This document shows positions 54,816-64,000 of a stretch of DNA of 64,000 bases, one piece after another (position 1 is the stretch's first letter; every line of letters begins with the position of its first letter). The position numbers and the translations under genes were made by a program. The notes beneath the pieces were generated by a model that saw only the letters and a list, made by a program, of their open reading frames with translations, had not been told where the DNA came from and ran no database searches. The DNA is taken from positions 1 to 64,000 of the IMG/VR virus record IMGVR_UViG_3300021338_000003. One strand, 5' to 3'.

Positions 54816-57767
54816 ATGTTTGAAGACGATCCAAAGCGTAATCTCATTGAGGATGCGCGTGTGTGGATCTCGGGGGTCGAGGTAACCTCCCGCTTGACCT
54901 CGGCTGTCACCATCACCAAGGTAGGAAGGGGTAGCCATAACACTGTTCAGTTCACCCTATCGAACGCTTCGGATGGGTTCGTCCTTAATGAGAGGAACCT
55001 TGATTCCAGCTTGCCTCTGAATGAGCGGTTCTATACTGGTGGCAGTCCAGCCGAGCATGGTGAGAGCATCAAGCTCGCAATGTTCCAGTACAAGAACGAT
55101 GAAACCAGAAATCCAATTGATGAGCAGACCGGAGAGCGACGGTGGCCCCTATCGGTCAACTCGACCATTCTCCACTCCCTGGACACCATCTTTGTGGCGG
55201 AACGTTGGCCCTATAGTCAACAAACCCTCTACTATCCAGCGTTCAAAGGATATGTCGAAACCAAAACCATCTCGGAAAACTTCGTCAATGGACAGTCCAA
55301 CATTACGGTCACTGGCTTTGACATCCGGGCTTTGATATCTCGGATGCGGCTTCAGATGAATTACGTCATCACCAACGCGTTGGCTCCGGTGTCTTTCAAT
55401 TCTGGAGCCACGTCCAATGCTGATACTCTGAATGCCTTCGACCCAGTGGTTCAGGAGGGTATATTCTCGGACCTTCAGAATCCGAGCCAATGGACCACTC
55501 CTGTCGCTGGTCTGTCCCTCAAGGATACCATCGAGTTCTTGGTGACTGGAACCATCACCGAGACCGAAGAGATCCAAATTCCTGGGTATTCTAGCGAAAT
55601 TCGGGACAAAATTCTCTCTACTTCTCGGGAGGAAGTGGCCCGCAGGGGTGTGGGCCGAATGAAGACTGGTATTGTTGTTTCCTATCCCAATGGGGGCGGG
55701 GAGAGTGCCAACGATGTGAGGATTTTGGAGGAATGGCACCGCCTGTGCCTATTCGGGGTACCCGATCAGGGGGACGATCTCGAAGTATCCGACGAGGCTC
55801 AAGATGCGGTGTCGGCTGACCTTCCCGACGAGGATGCCGACACTTTGAATCTCACCCTAGGCCAGCGCCTGTTGTTCTCCACCTCAAGCCGGCCCTGGAC
55901 CCCAGAAGAGACCGAGCGTCACGGCCAAGGAAGCACCTGGGATGGCCCTACAGCCCCTCATGCTATGTCTCTCCATTTCCTATTGCCTTCTACTGGCGGA
56001 GGCATGAATGGGGTCACATCCTTCACGGTGGACCAGGGTTCTGATGAAAGACGTTGGCAGAGCCGGATGTCTATTATAGAGGATTATCTCGACAACCTGG
56101 ACTACCACATCGCGGTGACTGGCGCCGGGGATATGGTCATCGAATTTCCAATGTATGACTTCCAGCCGGACAGGTTTGGTGAATTCGAGGAGGCATTTCG
56201 AGTTCGGCACGATGGGGAAGGAAAGTCCATCACCTTTGATGATGACCGACCCAACGTCCCAGCCTGCATGATCATGACTGCAGGGTACAACCCAGATGTA
56301 GAGAGGATAGGGCAACTTGAGGACGCGGCCGTGGAAGAGGAATTCACCTCGGTGTTGCGAGTCGTCCTCCTGGCCCCTGTCGTGGCGTCCCGTATTGGGA
56401 TGAATATCGAGCGAACGTCCCTGCCGTTTGCATTGGATGACGTTTGCCGTCTCCGTCAATTCGCCGTCTTGCGATTCCAAAGGAAGCTTGCTGAGGCCAA
56501 CAACCTTGCGGTTGACTTGGTTTATCGACCACTCCTGTTCCCAAATCGGCCGCTCCACGAAAGCAAGCGGGACCGGATGGGGTGGATATCCCAGGTGACG
56601 TCCACCGTCCCCCCCTCTCGTATGCACATGGGACACGCCACCATTGGTGCTGTCCTGAAGTACGTCCGAAAGCCGGTTACCTTGGCCAACGGTGACATCG
56701 AATACCGTCTCATCACGGGCTCGAAGACGCTTCCTCTCTCGTACACCGGAGAGGGTCCGGCCATGAACTCGTCCCGGGGTATTCTTATTTCGGACACGAG
56801 CCCTACGGACTTGGACATCACTGCCGACCCGTGTGATGGGTCCACCCGCGGTGCCCCTGCGGTTGACTACTTGTCCTTGGACAATGCCATCGGCTTGGTA
56901 TTTGATGAGAATGCCGCCCAATCTTGCTCTAAGAGTGCCGATGACTTGGCAGCCGACGTTCGGTCTCTGTGGGAGCGTCTCCAGCAGCTGGCGTTGGACG
57001 AGTTGCGCCTGAGGCTGGAGCTTACGTGTACGTTCCGTGACCCAGTGGTGGACACGAACGAGCCGTTTGACCCTGACCTTCACTCCATATATCCTGCCCG
57101 GGCTTTTGACCTTGTGGTGTACCGGTGGGACTTCTCGGCTGGTACCCAGGAGGATTACGAAGCTGTTGGGGCCCTAGGAAAGTCCATCGGTCTACAATGG
57201 GGAGGAGATGCTCCTACTTTCGAGTCGGCTCCCACTATTGCCGATGTGCAGGAAAAGATCTTCGAGCGAGTGAACTTCCACCTATCCAACACCAGCACCC
57301 GGTTCAAGGACGGAGGGTCTGGTACTCCCTACATATATGGCGGAGCGTTCAACAAGCAAGACCCATCCCCTAAGTCCATTGGGGTTGATTGCTCCGGTCT
57401 GATCGTTGACTGCTATGTGTACGCTGGTCTGATGAGCCGGGATACCCGCCCAAACTCAAGCCAGCTTGCTGGTATCTTTCCCTCGACCGACAACCCCAGA
57501 CCCGGGGACATCCTGTTTGTAGGCAAGGGGCGAATCACCCATTGCGTGCTTATTGGTGAAGCTGGGTATCCCTCAGTGGTTGGTGCTTCGGGTGGAACCA
57601 AGGACACAACCACCCTCAAGAAGGCAAGTGACAAGAATGCTCGGGTGAAGACTTTCAGCAATTACGTTCCGGGAATTCGCCCCGAGTCTGAAGTCCAGGG
57701 TTTTGCCACACCCTTCGACAACCTCGTGTCCAGTATTCCCTTCCTAAACCACTTCAGTCTCCCGTGA
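54816..57767 (+). CDS. Baseplate hub-like tail protein fused to peptidoglycan hydrolase domains (M15 and NlpC/P60)
   Basis: N-terminal hub-like beta region (FKGYVET...ITVTGFD). C-terminal M15 motifs TFRD...LH...AFD...LQWGGD...HF, and NlpC/P60 PYIYGG...DCSGL...PGDILF...HCVL. Confidence 0.75.
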   Translation: MFEDDPKRNLIEDARVWISGVEVTSRLTSAVTITKVGRGSHNTVQFTLSNASDGFVLNERNLDSSLPLNERFYTGGSPAEHGESIKLAMFQYKNDETRNPIDEQTGERRWPLSVNSTILHSLDTIFVAERWPYSQQTLYYPAFKGYVETKTISENFVNGQSNITVTGFDIRALISRMRLQMNYVITNALAPVSFNSGATSNADTLNAFDPVVQEGIFSDLQNPSQWTTPVAGLSLKDTIEFLVTGTITETEEIQIPGYSSEIRDKILSTSREEVARRGVGRMKTGIVVSYPNGGGESANDVRILEEWHRLCLFGVPDQGDDLEVSDEAQDAVSADLPDEDADTLNLTLGQRLLFSTSSRPWTPEETERHGQGSTWDGPTAPHAMSLHFLLPSTGGGMNGVTSFTVDQGSDERRWQSRMSIIEDYLDNLDYHIAVTGAGDMVIEFPMYDFQPDRFGEFEEAFRVRHDGEGKSITFDDDRPNVPACMIMTAGYNPDVERIGQLEDAAVEEEFTSVLRVVLLAPVVASRIGMNIERTSLPFALDDVCRLRQFAVLRFQRKLAEANNLAVDLVYRPLLFPNRPLHESKRDRMGWISQVTSTVPPSRMHMGHATIGAVLKYVRKPVTLANGDIEYRLITGSKTLPLSYTGEGPAMNSSRGILISDTSPTDLDITADPCDGSTRGAPAVDYLSLDNAIGLVFDENAAQSCSKSADDLAADVRSLWERLQQLALDELRLRLELTCTFRDPVVDTNEPFDPDLHSIYPARAFDLVVYRWDFSAGTQEDYEAVGALGKSIGLQWGGDAPTFESAPTIADVQEKIFERVNFHLSNTSTRFKDGGSGTPYIYGGAFNKQDPSPKSIGVDCSGLIVDCYVYAGLMSRDTRPNSSQLAGIFPSTDNPRPGDILFVGKGRITHCVLIGEAGYPSVVGASGGTKDTTTLKKASDKNARVKTFSNYVPGIRPESEVQGFATPFDNLVSSIPFLNHFSLP

Positions 57768-59107
57768 GTCCAATGATCACTGCAGCCACTGGTCCGGCCC
57801 CGGATTCGCAGAATATCGCCCTGAAGACCAAAGAGGAATTCCTGAAGAGTAGGAATCCTAGAGGCAAGTTTCATGACCCCAAGTCCTATGACCAAGGATT
57901 AGAGGAACTCAATCGCGACTATAAGCGACGAGGTATTGGGGAAATCTCATATGGCCATGACCAACTTTTGGTGGAGGAAACATCCGATGGTCTGTTTCTC
58001 AACCACCGGCAACGTGGACCAGTGGCCTACCTGTATGACACCATCCTATACCACATCCATGGCTTCAACCCAGGCCGATTGGCTGACCGATATTGGTCCG
58101 AGGAGTGGACCTCAAGCGATAACGACTGGGTGAATTTTGCTTTCTCCCGGTCTGTGAAGGTCAAATATCTGGCTGAGGTGGTTGAGGCAAAAAGTAGTCA
58201 AGGCCGACGTATGAGGAGGAAATATCCTCGTGTTCTGCAACGCCTGAAGAGAAAGAAGCAAGAATTTGAGCTTCGCCAGGGTGCCGAAGACCAACCGTTA
58301 GGTATGAATCTTGCCATCCTCAACGGTAAGGGGGAGGTAGTGGCCGTGGCTCAGAATGAATGGGGTGCCACTCTGGTCATTGTGGCCCGAGAATACCGAG
58401 GTATGGGCCTCGGCCAGTATATCACCGAGAAGTGGTATGAGATGAACCCTCAGAACGAGTCTGGCGGATTCACTCCTCAAGGGTACAACAACGCCATCCG
58501 AGTGTGGGAGAAGGCCGTCCGTGACCTCTTGGCGCGGGGCTGGTATTCCCAACTGGTTAGAGATGGGTCCTTGACCCAAGAGAAAGCGCAGGATATCATC
58601 TCCGGGCTGTCTGACTCCAAGGTTCAACGGTCTAACATACCGGAGCCTAGTCAAGAGGAGGTTGCGAAGGCCAAGCCTCTAATCCTTGTGGATGACAACA
58701 TCTCCTTCGTATTGTATGACGCTAGGGTATACGAAGGGTCGGTCGATGACGTTTATGACGGAAAGTACGTATATGGCTACGGATTTCTGCGTGATTCCGG
58801 CGACAAAACCTTCATCTTCTCCTTGGACTATGACCGACCATATGCCAGGTTGGCCACGGCCATTATCATGCAGATGGCCAGAGACGAAGGTGAGGATCTC
58901 TATGACGGAGAAGGATACCACGACCTCGTAGAATTTGATCTCCTACCTGGGGGATCTTGGGAACGAGATGGTGACCTGGTAAGGTTGAAGGAAGACCTTC
59001 TGGACCTTGAGGGGGCGGCCATTATTGAAAGAAACATTCGGAACGCCAACGACAAGTATGGGATGTACCGTACGTCTCTCCTAGAAACGGCAAACAGTAA
59101 GTGGTGA
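57764..59107 (+). CDS. GNAT acetyltransferase-domain protein
   Basis: IVAREYRGMGLGQ (acetyl-CoA motif A) and FTPQG. Confidence 0.65.
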   Translation: MSPMITAATGPAPDSQNIALKTKEEFLKSRNPRGKFHDPKSYDQGLEELNRDYKRRGIGEISYGHDQLLVEETSDGLFLNHRQRGPVAYLYDTILYHIHGFNPGRLADRYWSEEWTSSDNDWVNFAFSRSVKVKYLAEVVEAKSSQGRRMRRKYPRVLQRLKRKKQEFELRQGAEDQPLGMNLAILNGKGEVVAVAQNEWGATLVIVAREYRGMGLGQYITEKWYEMNPQNESGGFTPQGYNNAIRVWEKAVRDLLARGWYSQLVRDGSLTQEKAQDIISGLSDSKVQRSNIPEPSQEEVAKAKPLILVDDNISFVLYDARVYEGSVDDVYDGKYVYGYGFLRDSGDKTFIFSLDYDRPYARLATAIIMQMARDEGEDLYDGEGYHDLVEFDLLPGGSWERDGDLVRLKEDLLDLEGAAIIERNIRNANDKYGMYRTSLLETANSKW

Positions 59108-59110
59108 CCG

Positions 59111-60178
59111 ATGGATGACTGGCGCAAAATAGCCCGAGAGGCCACGTCCAAGCCTGCCGATGAAAGGGAAGGTCTCAACCGCCCCACCGAGGCTGTGGTT
59201 GAATCTGTCTCCACCGAAACTGAGACCATTCAGGCTTCCGACTTCGGTGGCGGTGGAAAATGTATAGTCACACACCCGTTCATGGGTGTGCGATCTTGGA
59301 TTCGAGCCCTGCCCGAGCGAGGCGCCTCGGTAGTCTTGTCCCGGCGCGGAGATTCTGCGGTTTCCGAAACCGCATATTACCGGTCCCTGGATCCTGCCCG
59401 CCGGGTGGCCAAATATAGGGCCGGTGTTGGCTACTATCGTGCTATTGACCAGGGCGAATTCGATATGTCGTCCTATGGGTTGGCCCAGGTGTACGGGTCC
59501 CGGGGCGGGTCTTTGGACCTCCGTGGAGGCATCACTAGGGGGTGGTTCAATAACGAGTCCCTTGAGGTTGGATTCAAGGCTCCACTTCACGTTCGTCAGC
59601 TCCACGACCATCGATATGCCAGCCTGGCGGGAGAAGAGAGGTTTGGTGCCGTGTGGAGGCCGACCGGACTTCAGAATGATACCCGGGGATGGCAGGAAAT
59701 CGATGGGTCCTTTGCCCGGGAATATACCCGTGTTCTATCTTTCCAGGGTATTCCTGGTGTCTTGGTAGACTACCGTGAGGGACATGTCTTTGAGGATGAT
59801 GGGTCCCGGGCCAACACTCCATCAGCTCAGCCTGCCCGACGCCGGGCGATATACTACGATTCTCAAGGGGACAACAACCTGGAGTTGATGGACGAATCTG
59901 GCAACACCTGGGAGTTTCTCTCTTCCAATGCCAAACTTGGCAAGCAAATAGACATCCCAGAGGGATCCCACCGCATCAAGGTAGGAGTTAACATCGCCAT
60001 GCAGGCGGACAAGGATATTACTGCCACAGGCCAAAACCTCATCGTGCGGACAAGGAACATCATTCACCTGGAGTCCGAAGTGGCCATCAAGCTCGTGTCC
60101 AAGGGGATGATCACCCTGAGCGCGGCGATAGTCGAAATAAACAAGAGAGTCATCAACTCTACACCCTCGCCCTTCTGA
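59111..60178 (+). CDS. Baseplate spike / gp5-gpV-like protein
   Basis: N-terminal OB-like region with LPERGASVVL, C-terminal beta-helix-like repeats and position next to the hub gene. Confidence 0.6.
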   Translation: MDDWRKIAREATSKPADEREGLNRPTEAVVESVSTETETIQASDFGGGGKCIVTHPFMGVRSWIRALPERGASVVLSRRGDSAVSETAYYRSLDPARRVAKYRAGVGYYRAIDQGEFDMSSYGLAQVYGSRGGSLDLRGGITRGWFNNESLEVGFKAPLHVRQLHDHRYASLAGEERFGAVWRPTGLQNDTRGWQEIDGSFAREYTRVLSFQGIPGVLVDYREGHVFEDDGSRANTPSAQPARRRAIYYDSQGDNNLELMDESGNTWEFLSSNAKLGKQIDIPEGSHRIKVGVNIAMQADKDITATGQNLIVRTRNIIHLESEVAIKLVSKGMITLSAAIVEINKRVINSTPSPF

Positions 60179-60191
60179 AAGGAGGTACCTC

Positions 60192-61004
60192 TTGGCTACC
60201 GACCTCGAAGAGTCTGAATTTGAGCTTCCTGTTGCTGTTATACCGGTCCCGTCGCCGTTTCCCTGCAACATTGAGGCACCGGAACTCAAGTTCCTGAACG
60301 GAATTAGCATCAAGCCGTTTCTGGCCCCAGGAACCCCGTTCACGGACTGCAACCTTATCGAGAAGTTGATGGCCCAGCTTCAGGCCGCTCTGGCTGCCAT
60401 CTCTCCGTTGTTCCTCATTTCGGACGTTCTATTAGCCATTCTCCAGTGTATCCAGGCCATCCCTGATGCCATCACCAGCCTATCGCCTCAACCGCTGCTG
60501 GAGTGTTTGGAGAATCTCATTGCCGTTGTAGTGGCTCTTCTGTGTGCGGTCTATCCTCCGTTCGCATTCCCGACCATGATTCTCTCCTGGTTCGAATTTC
60601 TCATTCGCCTCATGGGGTGCGTGATTGATGAGCTGACGGCCCTTTGTGATGGCATTCGTCGTTTGACCAACCTGGAAGAGCTTCTCAAGATTCGAGCCCA
60701 GCCCGAATTGGAGGACATTTTGCTGGCAGCGGAATACAACCTGGAGTGCCAGCAGAGCAACGTCTATACTCTGTTTGAGGTGGTCATCGCCATCATCGAA
60801 ACCATCAATTCTTTCATTCAGCTTGCCAACACTGTGGCAGGCGAGGACCTCATCCCAGAAATCCCAATCCCTGTCTTCTCGCAGGATACTCCCTGTGAGG
60901 AAGTTTTGGAGATTGTCCAAAACATCAAGGACGTTCTCGTGGCTGGTGCCGGTGCCATCAAGATTCTGGATTGTGACGCTCCTCTTGGCCTTGGGGCATC
61001 GTGA
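60192..61004 (+). CDS. Helical hydrophobic putative tail/baseplate protein
   Basis: 270 aa with an AGGAGG RBS, directly after the spike gene. Confidence 0.5.
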   Translation: MATDLEESEFELPVAVIPVPSPFPCNIEAPELKFLNGISIKPFLAPGTPFTDCNLIEKLMAQLQAALAAISPLFLISDVLLAILQCIQAIPDAITSLSPQPLLECLENLIAVVVALLCAVYPPFAFPTMILSWFEFLIRLMGCVIDELTALCDGIRRLTNLEELLKIRAQPELEDILLAAEYNLECQQSNVYTLFEVVIAIIETINSFIQLANTVAGEDLIPEIPIPVFSQDTPCEEVLEIVQNIKDVLVAGAGAIKILDCDAPLGLGAS

Positions 61005-61375
61005 TGAGTGATTTCTTTCAATGGCACGACGATGGCTCTCTATCCCTAGATGTCGAATGTCTGGAGCCCGATGGGTCCAAGGTGTGGCGCCGGGTTCGCA
61101 TTGACCAGGAGCGTTTGGCCTCTGTAATCTCGGATAGTCCCCAGGGCACGAGATTTTTGATGAACCGGGTGATTCGGAAAGTCACCCCTGCTTTCAAGAA
61201 CCTCAACCCCAAGTCGGTGTCTAAGTTCTTGCAAGCCCCTGACATGCTTCAGAAGGCGATGGAGAATCCGACCACAGATTCGGATCAGCTCCTGCCTCCC
61301 CAGATTCTTGAACTGGAGAGCAAGTATCTTCCAGCCCAAGAAATCAAGGCCCACTACTTCGCACTCAAGGTATGA
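61001..61375 (+). CDS. Hypothetical protein
   Basis: GTGA coupling. Confidence 0.55.
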   Translation: MMSDFFQWHDDGSLSLDVECLEPDGSKVWRRVRIDQERLASVISDSPQGTRFLMNRVIRKVTPAFKNLNPKSVSKFLQAPDMLQKAMENPTTDSDQLLPPQILELESKYLPAQEIKAHYFALKV

Positions 61376-61378
61376 CTA

Positions 61379-62998
61379 ATGGCCGGTATCAGGTATCGCG
61401 CGTGTGAGTTCGATGCAGACCTCGGTGCTGCGGTTCAGGACTACCAGTCGTATGTCATTTCGAGGCACGAGACAGTCCGGTCAAACATTTCGACCGTTCT
61501 CAACACCGTGGCCAATAACTTCCGGGATCTCGATGATCTGGAGGATGTACTTCTAGCCGCTCTAGGTAACTTTGGCATCACATCCAGGGCTGCCCTGCGT
61601 CAACGTTATGGCATGTATGAACTCCCCCAAACCCAAGAGGAGAGGGAACTCTGGTTGCTGGAACAGGTGAATACGGTTGTGGTGGATGGCCAATATTTGA
61701 TGAAGGACCCGGGAGGCATTGACCTCACGTCCTATACCACGTTGCATTCCTACGTAGGCGACGCCATCTCTTCCCTGATTTCCTCCGGTCGCCCTTTTCA
61801 CATCCATGCCAAGTACCAGGGCGTTACGTATACCGACGTCAACCTCAACAAGGTGGCTGAAGACCTCGGCATATCGGTATCTGAGTTCGATTCTATCCTG
61901 TTTGCCTGGAATGGGAACGTGAACTCGGGTCTTCGTAATCTCATCATTGAAAAAGGCATTCCGGGTGCTGCCCTATATGGAGTCATGTCTGGCCAAAGTC
62001 GGAATGGGGTTGAGGTGGTGGTTATTCCTCGTGTTGACCTTATTCAGAAGCTCCGGTCCATGGGCCTGTCGGATTCTGGTGTATACAAGCTCTTCAGCCG
62101 TGGTGTGTCCAAGGTGACCATCGATTCTCAGGAAATCCGAGAGGGGGACAGTGAGGACACATTGCCTGGGGCCTTCCTGTCCACTCCCTATCCAGGAGAG
62201 ACAGCCCGAGCCCTGACCGCCGAGATTCGGATGTATCCTGGTGTTGGGGGCCGGCTCAATTCGGGGGTAGAGGTGTATTTGGCCCCTATCTTGGTGTTGG
62301 CTCGGGCCATTGATTTGAGTCAGACCTTTGCCAGTCAGGATGTTATGGCCCGCACTTCGACCAAGATAGGGGCCGACGCCCAAGTGGGTCAGGCAGCACT
62401 AGCGGCCCAGGAAGTTCAATTCACTCAGATGACTCAGACATTTGGGGCTTTTCAGCAGAGCGCTGACTTCTTCATCGAGCAGGCGGCCCTAGCTGAAGAG
62501 ACAGCCGCGTTTTTTGGTGTCGGTGCTGATTGTGGCCGCAATTCGGGTACTGGCGGGTTTGGTGACTTTGATTTTTGGGGTACGGTCTTGTCCGACCTCC
62601 AAAGTCAAAGCATCGACAACCTCGTGAAGGAATGGAAAGATGTGGCTACCAACATCAACTTCGGCGGTGACCTCATAAACGACCTCTCTTTCAACATGGT
62701 GTCTTTGTCCTGTGAGGCTGTCTCGCTGAATTGCCAGGGACAGAATAACCTCGAAGACCTTGGCGCCGAAGGCGGACCATACGATACCGATGGCGGCACC
62801 AACATGGCTCTCGAAGATGTGTCGGACGTGCTCAAGAGCACAGAGCGCATGCTGGAGGCGTTCCAGCAAATAGGGCCCAACCTCTCGTTGGCTTCCATTG
62901 GCTTGGGTCAGCTAGAGAGCTTGACTACCGAGCCATGTGAGAGTCCCGCCAACATCTCCTTCCTTCAGTCCATCCGAGGCAACGGGACTCTGGGATGA
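61379..62998 (+). CDS. Hypothetical, probably structural protein
   Basis: 539-aa acidic ORF in the tail operon. Confidence 0.55.
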   Translation: MAGIRYRACEFDADLGAAVQDYQSYVISRHETVRSNISTVLNTVANNFRDLDDLEDVLLAALGNFGITSRAALRQRYGMYELPQTQEERELWLLEQVNTVVVDGQYLMKDPGGIDLTSYTTLHSYVGDAISSLISSGRPFHIHAKYQGVTYTDVNLNKVAEDLGISVSEFDSILFAWNGNVNSGLRNLIIEKGIPGAALYGVMSGQSRNGVEVVVIPRVDLIQKLRSMGLSDSGVYKLFSRGVSKVTIDSQEIREGDSEDTLPGAFLSTPYPGETARALTAEIRMYPGVGGRLNSGVEVYLAPILVLARAIDLSQTFASQDVMARTSTKIGADAQVGQAALAAQEVQFTQMTQTFGAFQQSADFFIEQAALAEETAAFFGVGADCGRNSGTGGFGDFDFWGTVLSDLQSQSIDNLVKEWKDVATNINFGGDLINDLSFNMVSLSCEAVSLNCQGQNNLEDLGAEGGPYDTDGGTNMALEDVSDVLKSTERMLEAFQQIGPNLSLASIGLGQLESLTTEPCESPANISFLQSIRGNGTLG

Positions 62999-63063
62999 TT
63001 TCGAAGGTAGAAGTTTGACGATTGGACTCGGGAGTGATAGGATCCCTTCATCAGGGAACACTT

Positions 63064-64000
63064 ATGACCAAAAGCATCGAAAAAGTAATCAAAGCGGCCA
63101 CTCAATCCCAGATTGTCGAGGCCATTGAAGAATGGCTTCACTGGCCCGAGACCGCCCATGGTGTTGACGTACAGTGGCTTAACCGTTTCTTCACTGGGTT
63201 CTGCCGTGACGTTGCCTACATCGATGGTGTCCGGAAGCATGCCCAGCTCAACAGGGCCGTCAGTCCTGAGGCATGGGATGAAGTCCTAGAGGTTGTTCAG
63301 GACTACACTCTGGCGACCTTTGTGAAGGACTCCTATGTCAAACAGAGAGGCGGAGGTCAGCATCACAGGGATTTTGAGATTCTTATCCAAGGGAGGCGTC
63401 CCTTCAAGGTCCCATCGACCCTCGACAAAAATCAACGCGGAAATCTGTACAGGTATCTCTATGACTTCCTCAAGACCAACCAAGAAATCAAATCCGTCAG
63501 GTCTGGAGTCACCTTCTTCATCCTCACTACCGATACCGCCGCTGACCTTAATAACATAACCAAGAGATGGGTCAAGAAGAATGTTGGCAAGGTCTATAAG
63601 CTTGACAACCTCTTGTACATGTTCGGTTCAGGACCGGGGTTCTTCTCTGCTCATGCCTCTCAAAATACGATAGTGCCAATCCTGATAGAGCGGTTCGGTG
63701 ACCACATCGAGGAGATTGACGGCGGAGGTGGATATATTGAAGGTTACCGCACCAGCAACAGGGAGTTCTATAACCGAGTCAAGCAATGGTACAAGGACTC
63801 CAGGGTTTGGGGTCTGCCCACCAGCGCAAAATGGAGTACCTTCTCCGGCTGGCCACAAGAGGAAATGAGATTGTGGTGGAAAGGGTTGGATGACTCTGAT
63901 GCAAAGGAGATTGAACACCATATCATCGAAGCCATACCCTTCAACGTCATCCCTTCTGCGAGTGGTAAGGCAATCATCGTTGAGAATTGTGGCGACTGGG
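63064..64000 (+). CDS. Hypothetical protein, 3' end truncated
   Basis: Not in the ORF track. The frame is open from ATG 63064 (MTKSIEKVIKAATQS...) to the window end. Confidence 0.65.
   Translation, partial: MTKSIEKVIKAATQSQIVEAIEEWLHWPETAHGVDVQWLNRFFTGFCRDVAYIDGVRKHAQLNRAVSPEAWDEVLEVVQDYTLATFVKDSYVKQRGGGQHHRDFEILIQGRRPFKVPSTLDKNQRGNLYRYLYDFLKTNQEIKSVRSGVTFFILTTDTAADLNNITKRWVKKNVGKVYKLDNLLYMFGSGPGFFSAHASQNTIVPILIERFGDHIEEIDGGGGYIEGYRTSNREFYNRVKQWYKDSRVWGLPTSAKWSTFSGWPQEEMRLWWKGLDDSDAKEIEHHIIEAIPFNVIPSASGKAIIVENCGDW

Noticed and set aside
1-64000. Stop-codon reassignment
   Set aside because: TAA, TAG and TGA all end tightly packed genes, and conserved proteins are full length in the standard code.

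Overview
This window is a gene-dense segment of a large dsDNA bacteriophage (jumbo or large myovirus-like), read with the standard genetic code. I saw no rRNA, tRNA, CRISPR array, integrase or IS element. It carries a bacterial-type replication and repair set: RecA, gp32-like SSB, SbcC/Rad50, DnaX clamp loader, probable beta clamp, DnaB, SF2 helicase, 5'-3' exonuclease, ATP-dependent ligase, Fpg/MutM and an adenine methyltransferase. It also has a sigma70 factor, blocks of small probable early genes behind a shared sigma70-type promoter motif, two large modular lectin-like virion proteins, a baseplate hub/lysin and spike module, and lysis-like membrane proteins. The strongest unusual signals are: (1) a tight SSB / Cys-less thioredoxin / catalytically dead topoisomerase IA / RecA operon; (2) a recurring 4-Cys module on RecA, a UvsY-like protein and a ligase-operon protein; (3) an ETR1-type ethylene/Cu-binding membrane sensor with a PAS-like domain and no kinase; (4) an NlpC/P60 domain nested inside an M15 peptidase domain; (5) a histone H1-like protein and an extremely acidic protein sharing Asp-Asp-Trp motifs; (6) a palindrome- and G-tract-rich non-coding stretch at about 32.86-33.35 kb. 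All family assignments come from motif recognition by eye, and no database search was run.
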